From Marispirochaeta sp. (GTDB lineage Bacteria > Spirochaetota > Spirochaetia > JC444 > Marispirochaetaceae): a stretch of 64,000 nt of DNA. Shown piece after piece: positions 39,250 to 47,332 of this stretch. Within the stretch, counting starts at the first letter, position 1, and each line of letters begins with the position of its first letter. The DNA lies in the NCBI GenBank assembly GCA_963676835.2, contig CAXXFF010000004.1, forward strand, positions 96,001 to 160,000. The letters are read 5' to 3'. Under the pieces are notes generated by a model, which made no database searches, was not told the origin of the DNA, and saw nothing but the letters and a program-made list of their open reading frames with translations. Position numbers and translations under genes: made by a program.

Positions 39250-41251
39250 TCCGGAGCAGCAGATGACCGCAGAAACCCAGAAAGAAAAAACCTACAGACC
39301 ATTAAGCACGATTGAGATCAGGCGGCTGGAAGAACGGGGATCGGTCTGCACAGACTGGCAGCAGGTAATTGTTGAATCCCCCTTTGACCCGGAAAAAGTC
39401 AGCGGCTGCATCTTCAGGGGTGATGTTAGAATAGGCGCCATGAGAGAATCTGCGGTATCCGACGGGGACCTCAGCCTCCCCTCAGGTCTGTACCAGAGCA
39501 CCCTGGAAAACTGCACTATCGGTGCTGATTCTGCTCTGCACAGGGTCGGGTATTGCAGGGATTACTCCATCGGAGACAGAGTGCTGCTCTCTTCGGTCAG
39601 CGAACTCACCGCCAGTCCACGACGAAAAACCCCTCGTACAAAGCTGCCGTTCTCTTTATCCGTAATGAACGAAGCAGGGGGCAGAGAGATTTTCCCCCTC
39701 CCGGGTATGACTACTGCCATGGCCTGGGCCTGGGCAAAGTTCAGAGACAGGCTGGATTTTGTCACCGCCATGGAAAACAGTGCTCTTGCCTGGCTCAACA
39801 GCCGGCAGGGAACCTTCCCGGCATATATTGCTAATGGCGCGTCCTTAAGAAACTGTGGAGGCCTCCGCGACTCCTGCATAGGCCCCGGGAGTAGAATTAA
39901 GGGAGTCGGAAGTATTCAGGCTGTTTTTATCGACTCCAGCGAAGAGAGCCCCGTAATCATCGGCACCGGAACCTGCCTGGAGAATGGCGTTATCTCTCCC
40001 GGGTGCAGCGTTGAGAGGGGTTCCACGCTGCTTCGCTTCTTTCTTGCAGAAAATGTATCCATCGACCTGAATGCCCGGATTGTCGACACATGGGTTGGAG
40101 ACAACAGCCATATCGCATGCTGTGAAGTACGCTCAAGCCTGCTTTTTCCCGGCCATGAGCAGCATCACAACAACTCATTTCTCATTGCAGCGGAGCTTCA
40201 GGGAATGTCCAATATCGCCGCCGGGGCCACCATCGGTTCAAACCACAACAGCAGGGCTGCGGATAACGAGCTGAGTGCCGCCAGGGGATTCTGGCCGGGA
40301 CTCTGTACCAGCCTGAAACACCCGAGCCGTTTCAGCTCTTTCTGCCTTATAGCCAAAGGGGATTATCCCTCAGAGCTGAATATTCCCCTGCCCTTTTCCC
40401 TGCTCAACAATAACACTGCAGAGAATACCCTCGAGATTATGCCTGCCTACTGGTGGATCTACAACAAATACGCCCTGTTTCGAAACAGCTATAAGGTTCG
40501 ATCCAGAGATCACCGGGTACATAAAAGGCAGACTGTAACCAGTAGTTTTCTGGCTCCGGATACGGCGGATGAGATACTCAGAGCATTGGAGCTGCTCTCC
40601 GCTGCTGGAGAATCTCATAGATACGAACGTTCGCGACGGGAGGTGAAGGTACTTAAAAAGAGCCGGGCAATTGAGGCCTACAGGGAAATGCTCAGCCTGT
40701 ATGCCGCAGAAAGCATCAGCCGATGGATCCAGGCTGAAGAGCCGAAATCCTGGAATGAGGTGTTACAGAAACTTGAAAGCGAAAAAATTTCCGGCTGGCT
40801 GAATTTTGGAGGAGAGATAAGCTCTGCGTTAAGGGTGCAGACCTTTATTTCCCGGACAGCCTCAGGCGAGCTTGATTCTCTGGAGAAACAGATCGGATAT
40901 CTCAACGGACATGCCGCGGAAGAAAACAGTGCAAGGGCCTCTCATGGATTAGCAGTTTTCTCTTATCTGCTGAAAAAACAGGGGGTAGAAACAGAAAAGA
41001 CCAGCCCATCTTTAAAGGACTGGAACTCCCTGCTAACTTCTGCAACCGGGATTCTAACGACCATCGAGAAAGAAGTGGTGCAGAAACGAACAGAGGATTT
41101 TTCCGATCCCTTCCGTACCGCTCTTTACCGCTGCGAGGCCGAAAAGAGCGCAGTACTGGGAGATCCGCGAAAGAATTCCTTTGCTGAAGGAATACACAAG
41201 GAAAACAATCTGTTACGCAGACAGTTTGCAGCAGCTTCTTTGCGTTCCTGA
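39236..41251 (+). CDS. DUF4954-like protein with left-handed beta-helix repeats
   Basis: YRPLSTIEI...CTDW, MNEAGGR, hexapeptide-like repeats, GDNSHIACCEV, HEQHHNNSFLIA, AAGATIGSNHNSR, RGFWPGLC, MPAYWW. Confidence 0.75.
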   Translation: MNQSDPEQQMTAETQKEKTYRPLSTIEIRRLEERGSVCTDWQQVIVESPFDPEKVSGCIFRGDVRIGAMRESAVSDGDLSLPSGLYQSTLENCTIGADSALHRVGYCRDYSIGDRVLLSSVSELTASPRRKTPRTKLPFSLSVMNEAGGREIFPLPGMTTAMAWAWAKFRDRLDFVTAMENSALAWLNSRQGTFPAYIANGASLRNCGGLRDSCIGPGSRIKGVGSIQAVFIDSSEESPVIIGTGTCLENGVISPGCSVERGSTLLRFFLAENVSIDLNARIVDTWVGDNSHIACCEVRSSLLFPGHEQHHNNSFLIAAELQGMSNIAAGATIGSNHNSRAADNELSAARGFWPGLCTSLKHPSRFSSFCLIAKGDYPSELNIPLPFSLLNNNTAENTLEIMPAYWWIYNKYALFRNSYKVRSRDHRVHKRQTVTSSFLAPDTADEILRALELLSAAGESHRYERSRREVKVLKKSRAIEAYREMLSLYAAESISRWIQAEEPKSWNEVLQKLESEKISGWLNFGGEISSALRVQTFISRTASGELDSLEKQIGYLNGHAAEENSARASHGLAVFSYLLKKQGVETEKTSPSLKDWNSLLTSATGILTTIEKEVVQKRTEDFSDPFRTALYRCEAEKSAVLGDPRKNSFAEGIHKENNLLRRQFAAASLRS

Positions 41252-41280
41252 TTTCTTAACTGCCCGAAGACACAGAAGGA

Positions 41281-42378
41281 TTAAATAAGATGCAGCCGCA
41301 GGAGCTCTTCCACCACCTTTTTTCGGGTAATCGGTTTAATAACATAGGCATCCGCCTGGTCTTTGAAGCTTTTACGGATGCTGTCTGCCTCGGAAACAGA
41401 GGAGACCACAGCAATTCTTGACCGGTCGAGCCCGGCAACGCCATGATCAGCTTCCAGACTCCTCATTGACTGAAGAACCTCCCGTCCGGACATTTCGGGC
41501 AGATTGATATCGAGAATAACCAGATTATAGGTATCGTTATCCAGAAGCTTCTGCCGGAAGGCATCCACCGCTTCCCGTCCGTCGACTGCCACATCACAGC
41601 TTCCAAAAGGGCCGAGAACCGACGCTTCAAGGTGCCGGGTTGCAAAATCATCCTCTACTATCAGGATCTTAAGGTCTGAGGGAGGGTTGCTGCCGGGAGT
41701 ATCAGGCTCCGTACTTACCTGCTTCTGCGCGACAGCTGAAGAGGCAGGGTCTTTAACCGGTTGGAAGGGATCGGATATGACCTCTCTTATTTTTGTCTCC
41801 GGTTCGGCACTTTCGAAAGTCAGAGTTACGGTAACCGTTTCCTGGGCAGTATCCCAGCTCTCCGGCGGTGGATCTGCTGAAACCAGGGTTCCTATGGCGG
41901 CAATGTTCCTGAACACCGGAAGTTTGCCGAAACGCTCGGCGGATAAGCTGGTTTTTACTGTTTTATGCAGCTGCCAGCGGCCTCCGGCTGCAGTCGCATT
42001 AGAAGGTTCTTCCCGGGAAGGGGCTGCAGGGGAATCAGAACCCGAAAGATCATAGCTTGTCTCTTCCGCACTGCCGAGATTCTTCCGGGTAATATCCAGG
42101 ACAACAAGAAACTCATCCACTACACCCGGGTCAAGGGAATCCCCGGTGTTACGGCAGCGGTCCATGATATTTTCGAGGTTATGCAGCATTTTCGAGGAAA
42201 CCGGAAATCCGCCCATTCCAAGGGCGCTCTTAAGGCTGTGGGCACTGCGGAACATGGAATGAATAAGAGCCGAAGCTCCGGACTCCGCTGCTTTATGCTC
42301 ATAATCAACCAGATCCTGTTCGAGGGCATCCAGATGATCAAGTATCTCCGCCATATAGGCTTCCTGTTCGGAACTCAT
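41281..42378 (-). CDS. Hpt (CheA P1-like), P2-like and receiver fusion with no kinase domain
   Basis: MFRSAHSLKS...LHNLEN (P1); VFRNIAAIGTLVSADP...TLTFES (P2-like); IVEDD...LDINLP...SS...IKP (REC). Confidence 0.85.
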   Translation of the reverse strand: MSSEQEAYMAEILDHLDALEQDLVDYEHKAAESGASALIHSMFRSAHSLKSALGMGGFPVSSKMLHNLENIMDRCRNTGDSLDPGVVDEFLVVLDITRKNLGSAEETSYDLSGSDSPAAPSREEPSNATAAGGRWQLHKTVKTSLSAERFGKLPVFRNIAAIGTLVSADPPPESWDTAQETVTVTLTFESAEPETKIREVISDPFQPVKDPASSAVAQKQVSTEPDTPGSNPPSDLKILIVEDDFATRHLEASVLGPFGSCDVAVDGREAVDAFRQKLLDNDTYNLVILDINLPEMSGREVLQSMRSLEADHGVAGLDRSRIAVVSSVSEADSIRKSFKDQADAYVIKPITRKKVVEELLRLHLI

Positions 42379-42403
42379 AAATCCTTACATCCTGAAAATA
42401 AAA

Positions 42404-42757
42404 TTATTCAAAATACGAATCATAGTCGTGATTCACACAATAGGTGATAAGCCGGTCAATTTCAAACTTGAAGCCGGGGAAAGTTCCGGTATATGCAGCA
42501 ATATCCCCGGCGGCGGCTGAATCTTCCAGCTGCCCGGCCAGAACTGCCGATTCCGATGCTGCCGAAGAGATTAAAGAACTGCGGATACGGTGAGCAGTCT
42601 GTCGAACCTCTTCATTCTGCTGCAGCTCCACCGCCTTTTGCAGAACAGCAAGCTCTTCCGGCAGTTTCTCCATCAGGATCCCGATAACATCCTGAAAGAG
42701 GTCGGAATCGTCCTCATAAATCTCCTTGATCATGTTCTCGTCAAAAACCGGCTTCAA
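42404..42757 (-). CDS. Stand-alone Hpt domain protein
   Basis: DDSDLFQDVIGIL...VRQTAHRIRSS...LAGQLE; TTG 42757 follows GGGGAG at the end of the upstream gene. Confidence 0.8.
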   Translation of the reverse strand: MKPVFDENMIKEIYEDDSDLFQDVIGILMEKLPEELAVLQKAVELQQNEEVRQTAHRIRSSLISSAASESAVLAGQLEDSAAAGDIAAYTGTFPGFKFEIDRLITYCVNHDYDSYFE

Positions 42758-42761
42758 ACTG

Positions 42762-43262
42762 CTACTCCCCGTGAATTTCGTTAACCAGGGCGTCAAAGAT
42801 AGTCAGCATGTCTGATGTTGTTTTACGCAGCCGCCCGGAGATAATCTGGGCAATAGCCCGGGTTATGGGCAGTCCGATGGAAGGATTATCATTTCCCAGA
42901 GAAAGGAAATCTTTCTTTGAGATAATAAGAAACTCCGAATCCACCGCTGCAAGTACCGTGGCGGAACGCTTGTCATCATCAATAAGAGCCAGTTCGCCGA
43001 AGAACACATTATTCTCCGCCTTCAGGCTCACCACCGTATAGTTATCCCCGGCCCGGGTCTGCTTGAGAATTTCCACCCCGCCGCTTAAGACAACGAACAT
43101 TTCGCTTCCGATGTCCCCTTCGCTGATTATGGTCTCCCCTCCCTTATAGCGTCTGGTGCGGCAGATTTCAATAAGCTTGTCCATATCTTCCGGTGTTTTG
43201 CTCACCTCTTTAAACAGGGAGATCTTTTCAAGGCGCTCCCGGACATTCTGGTTCTCGCTCAT
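42762..43262 (-). CDS. Stand-alone cyclic-nucleotide-binding domain protein
   Basis: IISEGDIGSEMFVVLSGGV, FFGELALIDDDKRSATV; no HTH; ATGA overlap with the channel gene. Confidence 0.92.
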   Translation of the reverse strand: MSENQNVRERLEKISLFKEVSKTPEDMDKLIEICRTRRYKGGETIISEGDIGSEMFVVLSGGVEILKQTRAGDNYTVVSLKAENNVFFGELALIDDDKRSATVLAAVDSEFLIISKKDFLSLGNDNPSIGLPITRAIAQIISGRLRKTTSDMLTIFDALVNEIHGE

Positions 43263-44431
43263 GAGGCTTCACTCCTGCGTTCAAGTATGATTGCCATTGA
43301 ATGGGGACGGATCACATATTCATCGGAAGGCACAAAGACCGGCCGGTTTACTTCAAGCCCTTTCACCTTCTGCAGGTTGGTAACCAGGGCAGAGACATCG
43401 GATGTCTTCTGTGCATTGCGAAGAGCCTCAATCTTCATTCTGTTGGGCGAACCGGTATTTTCCAGAATCCCCAGGAGTACCGTATCCTCAAAGGCCCGGA
43501 AACCCTCTTTGTAGAGACCGAAGGTTTGCCCGATGTACTCTCTGGGAATATTCACCGTACCAAGAGCGGCTCCCCCTTCATCTGCACTGATGAGATCCTG
43601 AATAATGTGAGACATGCCGTTTACAATACTGGAGCGGGAGAGTATTTTACGGGAAAGATCCCGGGTAAAGATAACCTCATCACAGTCGGCATGTTTCAGA
43701 TAGCTCTCATACTTGCGGTCCAGAAGTTCCGCAGTGGTATATATATCCTTGGAAATCGCCTTTATGGTCAGCACGGTCATAACCGTTTTTGAGTCGGTTT
43801 CAGAGACAATGGAACTCTCAAATGTATCAGCTAAAATAAGCACCTTCCGGGCCCTGCGCACATTTGCCCGGCTGAGGGTGGCTTCCGAGAAATAGTCACC
43901 CCTGACGAACTTCAGCCCCTTAAGCTCCGAAACCTCTTTCAGCTCTTCTACGGTATCAGACTCAATATTGGAAATAAGGACAATCTTCTCGTCAGTCAAA
44001 TCGCTGCCTTCAAGAATGTCCAGAAGAATATCCCGCATATGCGCTTTCCACCCGCACACTATCAGATGGTCAGATAACTTGGGAAAATCCATCAATCCCC
44101 TCCTTGCTCGGGTGTTTCGCTCCACGAAGATTGAAGCCAGAGTACCGGACAGGGCACTGGTTGCGGCAATCCCTAAAAATATGGAAAGAACCGCTACAAT
44201 ACGTCCGGCACTGGTCATGGGAACTTTATCGCCGTAGCCTGTAGTTGAAAAGGTAATTATGGCCCACCAGAGGCCGTCCATAACATCCGCAAACTGATCG
44301 TTGGAGTTATTCTCCAGAAAATAGACAAGTCCGCCGGTCACCAGAAAAACCGAGAAAAAGAACAGTGCTATTCTCACCAGAGCAGAGTCAAAAAGATTAT
44401 TGAAAAACCGCTTTAAACGTTTATATGCCAT
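43259..44431 (-). CDS. Two-TM potassium channel with RCK (TrkA-N-like) domain
   Basis: GLWWAIITFSTTGYGDKVP pore; HLIVCGW, FVRGD...LSRANV...VLILAD, TTAELLD. Confidence 0.92.
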   Translation of the reverse strand: MAYKRLKRFFNNLFDSALVRIALFFFSVFLVTGGLVYFLENNSNDQFADVMDGLWWAIITFSTTGYGDKVPMTSAGRIVAVLSIFLGIAATSALSGTLASIFVERNTRARRGLMDFPKLSDHLIVCGWKAHMRDILLDILEGSDLTDEKIVLISNIESDTVEELKEVSELKGLKFVRGDYFSEATLSRANVRRARKVLILADTFESSIVSETDSKTVMTVLTIKAISKDIYTTAELLDRKYESYLKHADCDEVIFTRDLSRKILSRSSIVNGMSHIIQDLISADEGGAALGTVNIPREYIGQTFGLYKEGFRAFEDTVLLGILENTGSPNRMKIEALRNAQKTSDVSALVTNLQKVKGLEVNRPVFVPSDEYVIRPHSMAIILERRSEAS

Positions 44432-44434
44432 CTG

Positions 44435-45646
44435 TCAGTTCTCCAGCAGAGTGATCTCCACCCTTCTATTCAGCCGTTTGCCCTCTTCCGAGGAGTTATC
44501 CGCCACAGGGTCCCGGGCGCCCATACCGCGAATCACAACAGAATCCTCGCTGCGGGCACCCAGACGTATCAGGTAGTCCGCAACAACTCCTGCCCTCTCA
44601 AGTGAGAGCCTCTCCCGGCCTTCCCGGGTGCCCGCCAGGGCGGTATGTCCGGTAATAAGGACATCCCGTTGTGGATACTGTTTGAGAATTTCCGCAACTG
44701 CGGCAACCTTGCTCTCCTCTCCCGGCACAAAACGGGAGGAATCGGGGAGGAAACGGATATTATGAAGGGCGATTGTAACACCTTCATCATCAACACGTAC
44801 AGAGGAATCCTCTACTCCGTCTTCATTCAGGCTCCTGCGGATATCCTCTGCAACCGACTCCTTTTCCATCTTTTCAACGGCGGTAATCTCCGCCGATGAT
44901 GTACCGGAAAAGGTCCAGGAAGAGCCGTCGGTCATCTGCATGACCAGCTCAAACTCTTCGGTATACCCCCGCAGAAATCCGTTTGCGTTATCCCAGAAAA
45001 GATGCTGACTGGAGAAACCGCTGATGGAAACCGGGGCATATCCGCTGCTTGAGGGAAACCGATGATATACCTGGTAAACTGCATCCACAAGATCAACCGG
45101 CTCGTTTTGAAATTGTCCTTTGCCCTTGTAGGTGTAGGCCACATTGATGGGAAAACTTACCACCCCGAACCCGGCACCGGTATCACGGAAATCATGAACC
45201 TCTTCGCCGACGCCGACCCAGGTATCCCCGGGAGCAACATCCCTTTCGGGAAAGCTGGGCACATTGCGGACTACAGGAAAGGTATATTCCGATGGGACCT
45301 GCATATTACCCAGCAGATCCCTCCGGTATGCAGTTGGATGTTCCTCTGCCCACTGATAAGCCCCTGCATCGCCTGTTGAGCGGTTGGCAATCTGGAAAAT
45401 CCCTTCAAGCTCGCCGTAGTCTTCACCGGCGGCAGCTATTTTGTAGGCTATTTTATAGCGGAGCTCCGACTGCTGAACCGCCTGCTGAAAACCAAGCCGC
45501 TGGGTGACTGTCTCATCTACCCGGGCGACTGCTTTAAACTGGGCTTCCGGCTCATACTTAAAGCGGAATTCTTCAGCCAACAGTCCCGCCGGGAGCAGGA
45601 ATCCCGCTGCTAATGCAAGGAACAGGAGCAAGCTTCGTGGATTCAT
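44435..45646 (-). CDS. Exported OmpA-family peptidoglycan-binding protein
   Basis: Signal peptide; C-terminal IRFLPDS...ITGHTA...LSLERAGVVADYL...GMGARDPVADN...NRRVEI. Confidence 0.9.
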   Translation of the reverse strand: MNPRSLLLFLALAAGFLLPAGLLAEEFRFKYEPEAQFKAVARVDETVTQRLGFQQAVQQSELRYKIAYKIAAAGEDYGELEGIFQIANRSTGDAGAYQWAEEHPTAYRRDLLGNMQVPSEYTFPVVRNVPSFPERDVAPGDTWVGVGEEVHDFRDTGAGFGVVSFPINVAYTYKGKGQFQNEPVDLVDAVYQVYHRFPSSSGYAPVSISGFSSQHLFWDNANGFLRGYTEEFELVMQMTDGSSWTFSGTSSAEITAVEKMEKESVAEDIRRSLNEDGVEDSSVRVDDEGVTIALHNIRFLPDSSRFVPGEESKVAAVAEILKQYPQRDVLITGHTALAGTREGRERLSLERAGVVADYLIRLGARSEDSVVIRGMGARDPVADNSSEEGKRLNRRVEITLLEN

Positions 45647-45660
45647 TTTATCAACCTTCC

Positions 45661-45689
45661 TTGACAAAGGGACATAGCGCTTATATCCT
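45661..45689 (+). promoter_or_regulatory. Sigma70-like promoter
   Basis: TTGACA (45661-45666), 17 nt, TATCCT (45684-45689). Confidence 0.55.
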
Positions 45690-45721
45690 CAAATTTAAGG
45701 TCTTCTACACAGGTAGCATGA

Positions 45722-47257
45722 GTGTTTCACAATCTTAGTCAGCCCCAGTCAGATTTACTGTTAACCATCCTCAACAACGCCGGCTTCGATGAGCCAACGC
45801 CGCTTCAGCAGAAGGTCGTACCGGTAATACTTTCCGGCCGGGATGTACTGGCGGAAACCCTCTATGCCGAGGGAAGAACCATCGCGTATCTTCTTCCGGT
45901 TCTCACCTCACCGCCGGCGAAACAGCCGGAACCTTCGGTACTGATCGCCGTGCCGGGAATTCCCCAGGTAAAAAAGACCATGCTCCAGGCACGCCGGCTG
46001 GCGGAGGGCAACGGAATCCCCCTGAACATGATATCCCTCGGCTGGGACACCCCCATCAAGCGGGAAGTGAAACAGCTTAAAGACAATCCCGGTATCATTG
46101 TCGGCACCTCGGTGCGAATAATTGACCATATCAGACGGAACTCGCTGGATCTTAAAAACCTTCAGGTTCTTATTATCAACCAGGAAAACCCCGAAAGCAG
46201 CGATGAATTTACCCGGGATATACAGTTTATTCACTCCAGGATACGCCGTAAACCTCAGACGGTACTGTTTGCTCCAACCCTGAGGGATACAGGAGAACTT
46301 GAAAAAGAGCTGCACTCTCCGATTATGGTGAAATCCGAAGACTGGGATACCAATAATCAGATTCAGAGCCTTTTTGAAGTTACCGACCCGACCCATAAAA
46401 GCGATGTATTACTGAGTCTTTTTTTAAGCGGAAGAATTACCAGGGGAGTAATCTTCTGCCGCACAATGGCAATAGTGAAAACTCTCGAAAAGAAGCTTGC
46501 CAAAGAGAATATTCACAGCCGCATACTATCTACCCGATCCTCAAACCATCAGAAGGAGGAGATAATTCGTCAGTTCAAGATCGGCAGCTTTCCATGTATT
46601 CTGACCAATCAGATTTCGGTTATTCCGGAAATAGAAAAATCCGAATATGTGATATTTTTTAACGTGCCAATTACAGACGAATCTTTTACAGACATTTCCT
46701 CCCGGATCACCGGCAGGTCAGAAACAAGGGTCGTCACGTTTATGACCAGAGAGGAATCGGGAACCTTACTGCATCTACAGGAGAAAAACAGAATGAAAAA
46801 GGAGAACTTGCCCGATAACGACGACGTTATTCGTGGAAAAGTTGAAAGTATTGTAGAACGGATCCGCGCTAATACGGATCCGGAAGAGCTTAACAGATAC
46901 AGGAAAATAATTCGAAAGAATGTACCCCTTAGTCTGCGTAGCTATGTCAGCGCTTATTTAATCAAGGAAGCCCTGGGAAACACCGCCCGGGGAGATAATC
47001 CGTTTAAAACGGTATTTGTTTCTGTGGGCAGGAATAAAAGGGTTTTCCCCCGGGACCTCTCCCGGCTTTTCGCAACCACCCTGGATATTTCTTCCGGTGA
47101 CATCGGCAGCATCAAGGTCCTGGATAATTACTCCTTTGTTGACGTTCCGGCAAGCCGCGCCCAGGAGGCGATCGATAAGCTGGACGGCAGTGATTTCCAT
47201 GGACGGAAAATCGCCGTCAATTTTGCCCGTAAAAAAGAGGAAAAAATCCTCAAATAA
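45722..47257 (+). CDS. Degenerate DEAD-box helicase-like protein with C-terminal DbpA RNA-binding domain
   Basis: Q motif GFDEPTPLQ retained; Walker A, DEAD, SAT and motif VI altered; VFVSVGRNKRVFPRDL...IGSIKVLDNYSFVDV. Confidence 0.85.
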   Translation: MFHNLSQPQSDLLLTILNNAGFDEPTPLQQKVVPVILSGRDVLAETLYAEGRTIAYLLPVLTSPPAKQPEPSVLIAVPGIPQVKKTMLQARRLAEGNGIPLNMISLGWDTPIKREVKQLKDNPGIIVGTSVRIIDHIRRNSLDLKNLQVLIINQENPESSDEFTRDIQFIHSRIRRKPQTVLFAPTLRDTGELEKELHSPIMVKSEDWDTNNQIQSLFEVTDPTHKSDVLLSLFLSGRITRGVIFCRTMAIVKTLEKKLAKENIHSRILSTRSSNHQKEEIIRQFKIGSFPCILTNQISVIPEIEKSEYVIFFNVPITDESFTDISSRITGRSETRVVTFMTREESGTLLHLQEKNRMKKENLPDNDDVIRGKVESIVERIRANTDPEELNRYRKIIRKNVPLSLRSYVSAYLIKEALGNTARGDNPFKTVFVSVGRNKRVFPRDLSRLFATTLDISSGDIGSIKVLDNYSFVDVPASRAQEAIDKLDGSDFHGRKIAVNFARKKEEKILK

Positions 47258-47276
47258 CCCCCCGAAGGCAAGCTTC

Positions 47277-47311
47277 AACACCCCTCCTGGCATCCAGGAG
47301 GGGTGTTTTTC
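47277..47311 (+). terminator. Intrinsic terminator
   Basis: AACACCCCTCCTGG-CAT-CCAGGAGGGGTGTT followed by a T run, 20 nt after the stop. Confidence 0.85.
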
Positions 47312-47332
47312 ATTATGGGTCTATTGGGTAGG

